Shown here: piece after piece, positions 24,577-35,248 of the stretch | Position numbering within the stretch: the first letter of the stretch is position 1 | How the letters are laid out: the number at the start of each line of letters is the position of its first letter | NCBI GenBank assembly: GCA_002189035.1 | Contig: CM007989.1 | Coordinates: 1,550,001-1,614,000, forward strand | Source: Utricularia gibba | Taxonomy: Eukaryota; Plantae; Magnoliophyta | Direction: 5' to 3' | Length of the DNA: 64,000 nucleotides | The notes under the pieces: model-generated | What the model was told of the DNA's origin: nothing | Database searches by the model: none | The model's input: the letters and a program-made list of their open reading frames with translations, nothing else | Position numbers and translations under genes: made by a program

Positions 24577-25551
24577 ATGGATTTGGAGACGGAAAACAGA
24601 ATAGCTGCCATTCTTATGAAAGAAGCGGCAGAGCTGCGGCGTCAGGCGCAGGAGGAAGGTGCTTTGGCTTATCTACGGGAGCCTACTGTAAGGTTTAAGC
24701 CTAATTCTCGTTTCTTGACGGCGACTGTACGTGGTATACAACAAGGTTGGTTTTCGTTGCCAAGATTTGTTTTTTAGGCTCATTTATGTGACTTGTGCGG
24801 GTCGTCTTTACATTGAAGAAATCGTGAATCTTGATCATGGATACCATTTTCATGCTAATCAAGGAGCTCGCTCAAATCCTTCAGGGATGATCTTTTTCTT
24901 TTATACAACCTTTTGTGATTGAGTGATCCACTTCATGTTTGCAGCTAATCGAGTGACTGAAGTGAATGAAATGTGGCGGCTGAGAGAAAAACAGATAGAG
25001 CTGGACAATCGGATCAGGGGATCAAGACACAGAAGCAGAAGTATTAGAGATGGCACAGATAAGGTTCTTGAATCATGTAGGAAAAGGAGTAGGAGCAGCC
25101 ATGAGAATGAGGGATCCAGCATTCCTCGCCCTTCGAATTCACATTCAAATCGAAGTTTCCAGACGTCTGAAGATGAGGGTTTAAGGGACGATGAGGTGGA
25201 GGAATTTCTAAACTCAAGGTATGCTCTTTCTTCTGTTCTCAAACTCCTCCATTCACTTCATTCAAAGCATCATTTTTCATGGACAGAGCCAAACGTGGCC
25301 GTGGCACTATTGGATCCAGAATGGATGAAACTGGGCCTTACCTTCCTCTTCATCAAGATTCTCAAGGATACAGCTCAAGATCCTCTCCTGATGATTGGCC
25401 GAAAAGACCTAGTGTTATCCTTGGCCCCGAACGGCCTGAAGAGCTACCCAAGGATAAGAAGAAAAGTAGGAAAAGATGCAGTAAGAAGCACAAATCAAAG
25501 GAAAGTTCCGGACACAAGAAAAGGGACAAGAAAGAAGGTAAGCGTCACTAG
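24577..25551 (+). CDS. Conserved plant protein of unknown function with a basic K/R/S-rich tail; 3' end uncertain
   Basis: MDLETENRIAAILMKEAAELRRQA, PNSRFLTATVRGIQQ/ANR and RAKRGRGTIGSRMDETGPYLP, joined by GT-AG introns. Confidence 0.75.
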
Positions 25552-26436
25552 CTCCTGTGTTGGATCCCAGCTCCTCTGTAAGATGATAATTTGCCTTCTA
25601 AAAAATGTAAGGTGTCAGATTTCGAATTGCAAGCCATGTAACTTGTTTAATTTTAAAAAGAAATCGCTTTTTACGGTTGCAGAAAAAGGGGTGAGGAATT
25701 TCACAGTATGTACCGGATTTCTTTTCCTAGAAATGACCTCATTCATGCTTACAAGTCTACTCGAACGCCATGCACGACTCAAGTTTTAACCATGGCCATT
25801 TACATGGGGAAAAAACTTAACATGTGCATATGCAGTTACATACACTTCATGTTTTATGTACACAAGATTCCGCGGTTATAATTAAATTAAATTATTTAAT
25901 TTGACTGCACTCGTAGAATCTTTTATTGTACCTGTTCTAGAATTAGTAATACAATTTATACATAATCAAAATATAATTATGCCATTAAAAATGTACCGAT
26001 AAATCTCACCCTCCCACTCTGGCTGAAGATGGGACTGGGAGTGGCCTTCTTGTTCTTCTTGAATTTCGGCCATTGATCCATAACATAATACAGTGCTCTG
26101 CACCTGGTAGTTCCAGTTGCGTATGCACTTCTCTGCTTATTATCTCGATTCTCTATGCTGTTTCGACTTGAACGCCATTGATCCATGGTTGAGGTAGTTT
26201 GGCACCGAGTTCATTCACAGTGGATCGACCTCATCTCCTGCCCCTCTTCTGTAACTGTTGATCCCTCCTCAATAGACTTCTTACGTTGTTGTTGCAGCGT
26301 GTACGAACCCAACAACAGATCATGGCATTCTGCTATTTGATCAAGTTTGTGACTTCAGAAGGACAGGCGGCTAGGCATGAAAGATGAAGGAAAATGGAGG
26401 AAGAAAGCAGGACTATTTACCCGAAACCAAGCGGAG

Positions 26437-27266
26437 TTAATACACAGGCTGGGCTTGATTCCAAGGACTGAGATCCTCGTCCTCGTCTCGTCTATAACTC
26501 CGCACATGATTGAAGTAAGAAATCATAGAGCATACACCACGGATTATCAATATGGATGAAAACACAACGCTGCCCAAAGTACAAACAACCTGAAACCAAC
26601 GAATAGCAAAGTTACGATGTGGAATATTAAGATTCAGCATCCATTAATGGTCACTCCAAAAGAGTACTGCTGCAAAGGAGATGGGGAAAAACCGTTGCCT
26701 ACCTCAAGAAAAGCTTTGAGAATCCACATAAACGTGAGAATTATGGTTCCGTTGACAGCAAATCCCACCTGCACTCAGAGGAATCTCAAAACGGATTCTA
26801 TCAAGCGCAGAACTTGAAGAAAAGCCGCAGGCACACATACCAATCTGGAGGAGATGTGAACTGGAAGAACGGATTTCACGGCCTTCCGAGCTCTTTTAGA
26901 CAAGTTTCTGTACACATTTTCCATAAACCTAATCAAGAGGTCCAGACTCCGATCCCCTCCTTCATCATCTTCATCATCCTCGTCGTCATCGTCTTCAATA
27001 AAGCTGCGGTAATCGTCGATTACCATACCGGCTCGACGGTTCCGGCCGTGAGCCTCGAACCTCCGATTCCGGCGTACCTTTTTCATATCCAAAATCCGGT
27101 ATGCGTCATTTTTTTCATATAATTGCATCGTCGGGTCGATCGAGAATTTCCCTACCTGGAGATGAGTGAGATAGACGGTGTGGCGACATAGCAGCCGCTG
27201 TATTGAGGAATTCTCGCGGCAATTCAAGGAAGGCTGTATGAATCGACATACGGTTATTGCCGCCAT
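26437..27266 (-). CDS. SHW1: SHORT HYPOCOTYL IN WHITE LIGHT 1-like
   Basis: Acidic tract followed by DRSLDLLIRF..NLSKRARKAVKSVLP, FSVNGILILSFLWILKAFLE/VVCTLG and a terminal QPV. Confidence 0.85.
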
Positions 27267-27463
27267 GAAGCTGAGCTCTACTCTATAATGCCCTCTTCCT
27301 CGGTACAAAGCAGAGTTTGGGGAGCTCAATTATTTGTTTCCCAAATCTATAGTGACCTCTCTGCAATTTTGAAAAGTTAAGGGGCGATTACCCAAATTTA
27401 CGTCTTCTTTAAAGTCGTTTAATCTGCCGCAGAGATTACTACTGTACAACAAAGCAGTGAAAA

Positions 27464-27886
27464 ATGGAGGAGAAAAGGAGTTACTGGCTGCTGAAGACGG
27501 AGCCCGGCGAATGGTCATGGGAGGACCAGGCGGCAAACGGCGGGTTGTCAAAATGGGACGGAGTGAAGAACAAGCAGGCACAGAAGAACATGAAGGGCAT
27601 GAAATTAGGGGATTTATGTTTCTTCTACCATTCCGGCACCAAGTTTCGCAGCGTAATCGGAGTGGTGGAAGTGGTGCGCTGCTGGTATGAGGACGACGGC
27701 GGAGGTGCAGTGGACGTGAGAGCCGTGGGAGAGATGAGGACGGCGGTAGGGCTGGCGGAAATGAAAAGAGAAATACAAGGGGCCGAGTTTTCGCTCTTCA
27801 GGCAACCCAGACTCTCGGTGGTTCCGGTACAAAAAAATGTTTGGGATAAAATCTGTGAGATGGGCGGTGGCTATGGGGACAACTAG
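27464..27886 (+). CDS. EVE-domain protein (THYN1-like), intronless
   Basis: YWLLKTEP, WDGVKNKQAQKNM, GDLCFFYHSG and RQPRLSVVPV. Confidence 0.92.
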   Translation: MEEKRSYWLLKTEPGEWSWEDQAANGGLSKWDGVKNKQAQKNMKGMKLGDLCFFYHSGTKFRSVIGVVEVVRCWYEDDGGGAVDVRAVGEMRTAVGLAEMKREIQGAEFSLFRQPRLSVVPVQKNVWDKICEMGGGYGDN

Positions 27887-28059
27887 TTTTTGCCGGTCCG
27901 TCGACCTTTTACCCTTGTTAGTTGTATTAGGTTTGCATATTACCCTAATTTCAACTTTTGTTTGAAAATTACCTTATGTTTATCTAGCATTTGCAAAATA
28001 ACTTTTGTTAAGATTTCATTTATAAAATAAATTATAAGAAAATAGAAATACATCAAACT

Positions 28060-28400
28060 TAATCATTAAATTTCAAATCATAATATTAAATTCAAAATTT
28101 AAAAATTTTATAATCTAAACCCTAAAATCTAAAACTTAAATATGAAATCTTAAACTCTTATATATTAAATCACAAAACTAAATATCAAATTCTAAACTTT
28201 AAACCTTAAATTTTAAAATTTAAATCTGAAATCGAAAAAATTAAATCCCAATCGTGAAATCTTAAACCCTTAAAAAATTGTAAATTTCTAAAACCTAAAT
28301 CAGTAATCTTAAAAACTAATCATAAATTATGAAAACTTAACATATAATATTCCTAAGTTATAAATACTAAATATTAAACTTTAAAATTGAACCCCTAAAT
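28060..28400. repeat. Degenerate CCCTAAA-like short-period array
   Basis: AAACCCTAAA at ~28117 with many variants (TCTAAA, CCTTAAA, CTTAAA, CCCCTAAA) in an A/T/C-rich tract. Confidence 0.5.
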
Positions 28401-28955
28401 TATAAATAAAAAATATTATTAATAACACACAGACAAAAAAAATACAAAGGTGGGGTAAAATGCAAAAAATAACTTATTTTTTGGTAACTTACAAATCTTT
28501 CTATAACTAAAGTAAATACCAAATCAAATAAAAAAGTTCAGGTATTTGGCTCATTTCCCCTAGTTTTTTTTATGTGACATTTTTTAAAAACTAGTTTTTT
28601 AACAACTCTAATTAATTATTAAATATTCTATTAATTTTCTATCTTCTGATTTTTAGATGATTCATTTATAATAACCTCACTCATTAATCGTTAACCTAAC
28701 CAATTAATAATAGAGTTTCTGATTTTAATAAAAGGATATATGCATGTTTATATAATATTTTTATAAAAAAATGAGATGTGTCATATATAAAGTTGCTTTT
28801 TTACCCTATAGATCAGAACATTTTAGGAACTACGTGATAAAGCCGTATGATACATACCATTAAAAAAATAAATTCATTAGAGTTCTAAGTAATATAAAAT
28901 TAAATCAATAAGTTATTGAATCAAATATTTTATAATTTGTCTTCATACCAAGACT

Positions 28956-29027
28956 GGGCATTTGGTCTAGTGGTATGATTCTCGCTTCGGGTGCGAGAGG
29001 TCCCGAGTTCGATTCTCGGAATGCCCC
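28956..29027 (+). tRNA. trnP: tRNA-Pro(CGG)
   Basis: GGGCATT/AATGCCC acceptor stem, anticodon arm CTCGC-TTCGGGT-GCGAG, T-loop GTTCGATT, and a T6 Pol III terminator immediately downstream. Confidence 0.97.
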
Positions 29028-29329
29028 CACGCTTTTTTCCAATTTTCTTGTGGTGTCGGGCATCTGCATTATTGTTTCGCATGTCATCATGTGTTTGGAT
29101 TTTTCGCATTGAATACGTGTAATATCTATACATTGTCGCATGCATAATGCTGATATCACTGCTGAGTGCGTGGCATCTACAAAAAATTGACTTCCAATCT
29201 TGCCATAAATACAAAAACTAATGAAAGGAAAGTATATTCTAGAAAACAATTACCCAAAATAAGACACCCTTTTTGGCTCCAGATAAGCATTGACCAAGTC
29301 TCCCCTTTCAACTCTTTAAATCACACAAC

Positions 29330-29630
29330 GTTCCCCACGTGCCCATTGACCCTCATGTCGGCTCTCAGTTCTTACAAGCAAAGTCGCCGGGACACCCGCC
29401 CCCCGGGAGACGCGAGCGAGTGCTTCCTCACTTTTAACCCACGTGCTTCTAAGGACCGGTGAAGAAGAGTACACAATTCAAATTTCTAAACCGACTCAAC
29501 CACTTTCACTCCCGCACTCCACAGCGTCGCGTGTAATGTGTGAAACATGATGAAAGCCGCCGGCCCCCCATCTCCGCCCTTCAGCGCCTTCCTCGACCCG
29601 TGTCCACCAAGCCTACTCACACGTGTGCAC
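29330..29630. promoter_or_regulatory. Three CACGTG G-boxes and CGCG boxes upstream of the ZAT10-like gene
   Basis: CACGTG at 29336, 29440 and 29620; GACGCG at ~29410; TCGCGTG at ~29527. Confidence 0.6.
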
Positions 29631-29861
29631 CTTCCCCCGCAGCCACGACCCTGCCGATCACTTCCTCACTCAAGCTAATGTGTGCAAGACTCCAATCAGT
29701 CATCCCCGGTACAAGAAAAACAAAAAAGCTCTACGCAATCCCCACGCAACTCCCAACCTCCGCCTCCCATCTCTTATATAGATATGAACCGCCACACTCT
29801 GTTGTGCACTCCAGAAACGCAAACATCTTCTTCTATCGCGACAAATTTCGATTCGGTTTAC

Positions 29862-30461
29862 ATGGCTCTCGAGACTGTGAATTCATCTACGGCGCCGGCG
29901 TGCGGCGTCGACGAGGTGGATACCTGGACCAAGTCAAAGCGATCCAAGCGTCAGAGGCGTGCTTACGGTACTACGCCGGAGGAGGAATATCTTGCATTCT
30001 GTCTTATGATGCTCGCTCGCGGCGGCGGCGTCGGTGGTCAGTCTCCTCCTGCTGGAGGTAAGGATGTCAAGAAATCGGATGGTGAATCGTTTCCGCGGAT
30101 CGGCAACTGTTACAGGTGCACCGTGTGCGATAAGGCTTTCTCCTCCTACCAAGCCCTAGGCGGTCACAAAGCCAGCCACCGCGTCAAAATTCAGCCGACC
30201 TACGACGCCGCGCCGGGTTTATCCGCTAGCAATTTCAGCGTTTCCGCGGCGGATAAACTCCACCAGTGTTCAATTTGCCAAAAGTGTTTCCCCACAGGGC
30301 AGGCTCTCGGCGGGCACAAACGGAAACACTACGACGGCGTGCTCGGCGGCGCTGCAGCGAAAAGCCGCTCCACTTCCTCAGCCACTCGCAACTTTGACCT
30401 GAATCTCCCGGCGCGGGCGGAGCCGCAGGATGAAGAAGTCGAAAGCGCTCCAGTAGCGTGA
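29862..30461 (+). CDS. ZAT10: C2H2 zinc-finger EAR repressor (ZAT10/STZ-like), intronless
   Basis: MALE start, [10 protein letters not shown]-box [13 protein letters not shown], two QALGGH fingers and EAR motif FDLNLP. The ORF-track start at 29682 is upstream of the likely ATG. Confidence 0.92.
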   Translation: MALETVNSSTAPACGVDEVDTWTKSKRSKRQRRAYGTTPEEEYLAFCLMMLARGGGVGGQSPPAGGKDVKKSDGESFPRIGNCYRCTVCDKAFSSYQALGGHKASHRVKIQPTYDAAPGLSASNFSVSAADKLHQCSICQKCFPTGQALGGHKRKHYDGVLGGAAAKSRSTSSATRNFDLNLPARAEPQDEEVESAPVA

Positions 30462-31480
30462 TTCGCACAACCCGTGTTGCCTATTTAGGGATCCAGCCAG
30501 TGAATTCTTTCATTCCTTGCCTAGTGGTAATGTAATGTAAATATGTAATCAATGTAGACAACAAGAAAGGGGAATTTCTGTGTGATTGCAATTGGAAGAA
30601 ATCCCGTCCCGTTCTAACAAAAGGTACAACTCGGGGACTTCAGGATTACGCTTTGCGGGGTTGTACCTTGGGACCTGCGAAGCAATGGATAACGTTGAGG
30701 ACACGGCTGGGGGGATGCGTGTCGCATCCATCCCATCTTCATACTTCCCTGCCAAGTAATTGGCATCACTCTCTTATCCATTATTCTCTACCAAACCATT
30801 ATTCCAAAAATAAAACAAAACAACAAACCTGAACATTTTCCAAAAATTACCGCTCCAAAGACATTTTTTTATTAATTTTCTTCCCAAAACATATTTGAAT
30901 ATATTTTCATTTTCAGATACACTTATAATTAGTTTGTTATCTCTTGGTCGAATATAATAACGATATGATAGGTACAATATGAATCATCACTGTTTGTAAG
31001 ATATTCATCAAAAATCGTGTTATTTAAATTTTATATAATATTTAATTATATCTAATCATTTTATTTTTAAAAATAAATTAATATTGACTCATTAAGAAAT
31101 TTTCATTTTTATAAATTAGGCTAAAACTCCTTAACCTGATTGAGTAAAATAATTTTACCTTTGAAAAAATAGAGATAGTGTTATTCATATGGCACAACTT
31201 ATTTTTACTTATACTTTGAAAAAATAAAAAAATATAGATGACTCATTACTTTTGAAAAATCCATTTATACTTTGGAAATTATATCCAAAAAATGGTTTTC
31301 ATTTTTATTTGATGAGATGATAAATACGACGAAAAGTTAGGGAAAAAAAAAAGATCACATGGCTGTAGAAGCGACGAATTTTCCTGGACATGTGTTTCAG
31401 TACGCCGCCGTCTCTGTTTAATACTCCGGGAAACTCTCAGCTATAAATGCTCCTCCATCACATCTCCAAGTAGCTAAAAC

Positions 31481-31857
31481 ATGGCTTCTACCAAGGCGCT
31501 TGCTTGTTTCTTCTTAGTGGCTGCAGTGCTCCTCATTTCCGATTGCGTCTCTGCTGGTGCATCATCATCATGTTACTATAGCTTTGTTCAGTTGAGTTAC
31601 ACTGTTTGCTTATTGATCTTGACCTTCGTTGTCTTCATTTGTCAGCCGAAGAGGAATTGGGATCCAACTATGAGCCTGACCAGTTGGGAGGAGGGGCGTT
31701 TTGCGCTCAGCTGCGTGGATGTATCGCTCGTTGGGGATGCGTAGAGTGTTGCATCAGAAACCCAGAGCGTGAGAGATGCAATAGATGCTGCCGACCGCCT
31801 TCAGATTACCAGAATGGGAATACTGGAACTCATGCTGAAATCCAACCCAACAACTGA
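31481..31857 (+). CDS. Secreted Cys-rich peptide 1 (GRP3-like signal and tail, 8 Cys, no Gly-rich region); intron 31557-31645
   Basis: TATAAAT at 31442, signal-like MASTKALACFFLVAAVLLISDCVSA, phase-1 intron, mature part AEEELGSNYEPDQLGGGAFCAQLRGCIARWGCVECCIRNPERERCNRCCRPP...AEIQPNN*. Confidence 0.8.
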
Positions 31858-32320
31858 TGCAGTCAAGAACCACCCCTGCTGTTCTTGCTGCTGCTCTTCT
31901 GTCCCTCGCTTATTGATAAATAAGTGGCAATCTCTGTGTTGCCTTATATGTTATGTCAGCTGCTCTGCTTTTCTTCACCATCCTTGCCTCTGTGGGATGT
32001 AGAAGAAGAAAATACTTGAGTTATGAATAAAGGAATGAACCATTTGTGCACCAATAACTGCTGCTGCTGTCATGGAAATTCATGGGGATACAGGCAAAAC
32101 TTGTAATACATGAAGTAAACCAAGCCAGCCTAAACTCCACCCTAAGGTTCAGGGTCCATTTCAGAATCCATTGTTGGTGGGTCGACTGTCGAGGGGAGTT
32201 GCTTTTCACGCTGAGAAGTCAACTCGATGTACATGCACTACTGCAAGAAGAGTCTATCTGCAACCATGAACAGCACTGCACCCCCCAGTTGAAGCAGCAG
32301 CAGCAGCTTTAAAATACTGA

Positions 32321-33342
32321 CTACTTGTCTTGTGAAAACCAACCAAGCTGCACACAAAGGAGTGAAACAAATTATGAATGAATTCTCATTGCACAGGAAG
32401 TTTATTTTGGTAGCATCTAATACCTTACCTTCCAAGCATACATGCCGAAGAATGCTACTGTGTCTGCAGACCAAACAGCTGCAAATGATTTCCAAAAGAA
32501 TGGAATTGTGACATTCAGTAATGGGATGAGCAGGAAAAGGTAATTCAGAGCTTCCTTCTCATTCTTTGAACAGTCCCGAGCTCGAAGAGATGGAATAGCT
32601 GAAACAAACCGACACCTTTTCATCAGACATACGCAAGAGGTAACCAAGAATAAAGGGACAATAGAATCCGTCAACAGTGCAGCAACATCCAAGCACATTC
32701 TTGACATCCTAGTTTTAATATTGGTTCAAAATCCCACGTTCAAAGGAAAAAAAAAATTTGTCAGGCAAGAACAAATCATCTGATTTCCGGGTAAATAGGA
32801 GCAGCAAATGGTGAGGAGTAGTTACTGAACATCCAAATGGACCACATGCCCATCAATCTCCAAATGTCTGGTTCATTCGAGGGAAATATGAGATTAAAAG
32901 AGAGAGCTCCTCCCAACAACAAAGAAGCGTATCCCTGAACTTCAAACACGGTGTACAAAGCAGTTCCCGGTTGAGCAGGATTTTTTGTTGCGGTCGAAGC
33001 TCTCGGCGCAAAAGTTGCAGCAGTCTTCTGGACCACCTGTTTCAAAAGAACGATTCGCGAAAACAACAATCCAATCATTCATTCACATGCACGAAGACGA
33101 ACAGAGAAACTCGAACTGCACAAAAGGAAAAACCTTTTTGAGATCCTTTTCAACTGAAGGTGACCCAACTGGAAACTTGAGATTTTCCTTTTCTTGAAGA
33201 GAATCTTCAGGCCCTTGTTCTACACTCGTTTCCAGCTCATTGGAACTCGCTCGGACTCTGATTGCAGCGCCTCTGCGGATGAATATGAAGGGAACCCTTG
33301 GATTTGGGTGCTGCAGAGAAGCGCCGAGGGTAACGCGCTCAT
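32321..33342 (-). CDS. RPH1: RESISTANCE TO PHYTOPHTHORA 1-like plastid membrane protein, 4 exons; start and an indel in exon 1 uncertain
   Basis: DLKK/VVQKTAATFAPRASTATKNPA, EPDIWRLMGMWSIWMF/TIPSLRARDC and WSADTVAFFGMYAWK/LGW. The nearest ATG (33342, MSALPSALL) is out of frame with the conserved part. Confidence 0.85.
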
Positions 33343-33739
33343 GATTCTTCAACAGCACTGCGAATGGGGATTGTGTGGATTTTTCCAGAGTACCTCCTCC
33401 CCAATTTCCTACAACTGAAACGGATAACCGCTGGACCGAGGCCGGTGCCACATCTGCCCATTCGGGTCGGGTTCGGGTAGCCCAACGGGCTGCTCAAACA
33501 TGAGTTACGAATTGAATCAAATTTATTAAAAAATGTTTTTTTAATACCTTTCAGGTAATTTATAATTAAAATTCTTTTTAATGGATTTTTGAAAAACAAA
33601 ACACAAGGACTCGAATTAAAATGCACGCAATTAAACAAATATATACGATAACTTTAAAATAAGAATAAAATTAAAAGTTATTCAAAAATTATAAAATTAA
33701 AAAGCATATATTATCTAGATAAGATGCATCCTAAAGTAA

Positions 33740-33820
33740 GTCTAATCCTTGGAAAACTTTAACAATATAACCATAAAAAGGTCTAATCCTTGGAGAACTT
33801 TAACGATATAACCATAAAAA
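33740..33820. repeat. 41-bp tandem duplication
   Basis: GTCTAATCCTTGGA(A/G)AACTTTAAC(A/G)ATATAACCATAAAAA occurs twice, 2 mismatches. Confidence 0.9.
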
Positions 33821-34223
33821 AGAATTTAAAATATGTATATTCTTTAACAACATAAAAAAATAAAATAAAATTTCAGCGTTAACTGAAAGATTAAATTATT
33901 AAACTAGTTTAAAAAATGAATCCAATTTGAATTAGAAAAAATGGTTCAACTAAATCTCACTGTTAAACATTTATTCTAAAAATAGAAATTATTAGTGGGT
34001 TGCTTTTCAAAGAGAAGAATTGAAATTGGTGTCAATTATTGTCTTCTTTTTGCCCAAAAGATGCTTTGGCAGAAATGAGGGTATGAATCCATGGATTTCT
34101 TGACAGTTCAGGATCAGGTCTCCGGGATGTGTTTGCTCCTCCGTTCTACCTCTGAATCCCTTCTTCTTCTTCTTCTTCGTCTTCTTCTTCCATAAATAGA
34201 GAAGCACGGCGCCATACAGAAGC

Positions 34224-34604
34224 ATGGCTTCTTCCAAGATGCTGGTCTTTGTGAGCATACTCTTCGCCATGGCCCTCCTATCCTCCGGGAAGCCTACGCC
34301 GCCGCATCTACTGACGCGGGTATGGATGCGCATGCCCTGAGTTGCACACTTTTACGCACATATAATGAATGCTTTCTCGTTGCTCATGTCTCTGCTTGTT
34401 CTGTGCTCAGGCGAAGTTGACCAGTTCCCATGGTTCGGATGCCGCTGGTACCGGTGTTTCGGATACGGATTTGGGTGTTTCCAGTGCTGTCACGAACGCT
34501 ACTTCTTCTTTGGAGCCCGCCGGAGATGTCGCCGGTGCTGTGTCGCATACTCAAACGCGGCTTTTGAATCTCAAAAAACCAGCCCAAGAACTGATGCACC
34601 ATGA
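34224..34604 (+). CDS. Secreted Cys-rich peptide 2 (same 8-Cys family); intron 34320-34410; apparent 1-bp deletion in GGG at 34287-34289
   Basis: TAAATA box at ~34193, signal-like MASSKMLVFVSILFAMALLSSG. With one extra G the frame continues EAYAAASTDA/GEVDQFPWFGCRWYRCFGYGFGCFQCCHERYFFFGARRRCRRCCVAY with a phase-1 intron, as in peptide 1. Confidence 0.72.
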
Positions 34605-35248
34605 ATGACAGATGATAAGTGGATGTAATAAACAATAATCCCACAATATTGTCATATGTATTAATTATATATTTGATAAATATTGATATTTAATACTATG
34701 AATTAAATATTCAAATAATTTTGTTATTTAAACAATTTAGTGGTAAAATTACATTATTACTTTGTTAATTATTTATTATATTGATTTCATATGATAATTA
34801 AAAAATGTTGGAATAGAATGGATGGGTGATTCGGGTCGGGTGCAGTTTGAATGGGCAACCCGTCTGAAGCCTATAGAGAAGAGAATATATTGCGTATCGC
34901 GCAAACAACGCAACCAGCAGAGCGCTTGGCTGCAGCCTGCGATATATATAGAGGGAGAAGTACGGCTGCAAGACACCGCTGCATATGATTCCTCGCTCCA
35001 AGTCAAAGCTCCCAACTTTTTAAGCAAATTCGAGAATCGATTTTGCGGGTTTCGGAAAAGTCTCTCCGCCTCAGTGTTCGTGTTGCCATTTTCCTACTCG
35101 ATTTCATGATCGGAGGAGTAGGGGCGCTTGAGACGGCTGACGCAGCGGTGCCTGACGGCGGCGGGGTAGATTCGGAAGCTACCGTTGAGTCGGTGGCTGT
35201 GGGCAAGGGGTTTAGGAGAAGGGTTTTGTCCCAGGAGTTGTTGCGTCA

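Noticed and set aside
25977-26340. Small minus-strand ORFs with a repeated ATGGATCAATGGC 13-mer downstream of SHW1
   Set aside because: No recognisable product or consistent exon structure; probably 3' UTR or intergenic.
34369-34608. Alternative Ser/Ala-rich product (AKLTSSHGSDAAG...) for peptide gene 2, as the sequence literally reads
   Set aside because: The other frame gives the 8-Cys pattern and phase-1 intron shared with the paralogue; a missing G in a G-run explains the discrepancy.
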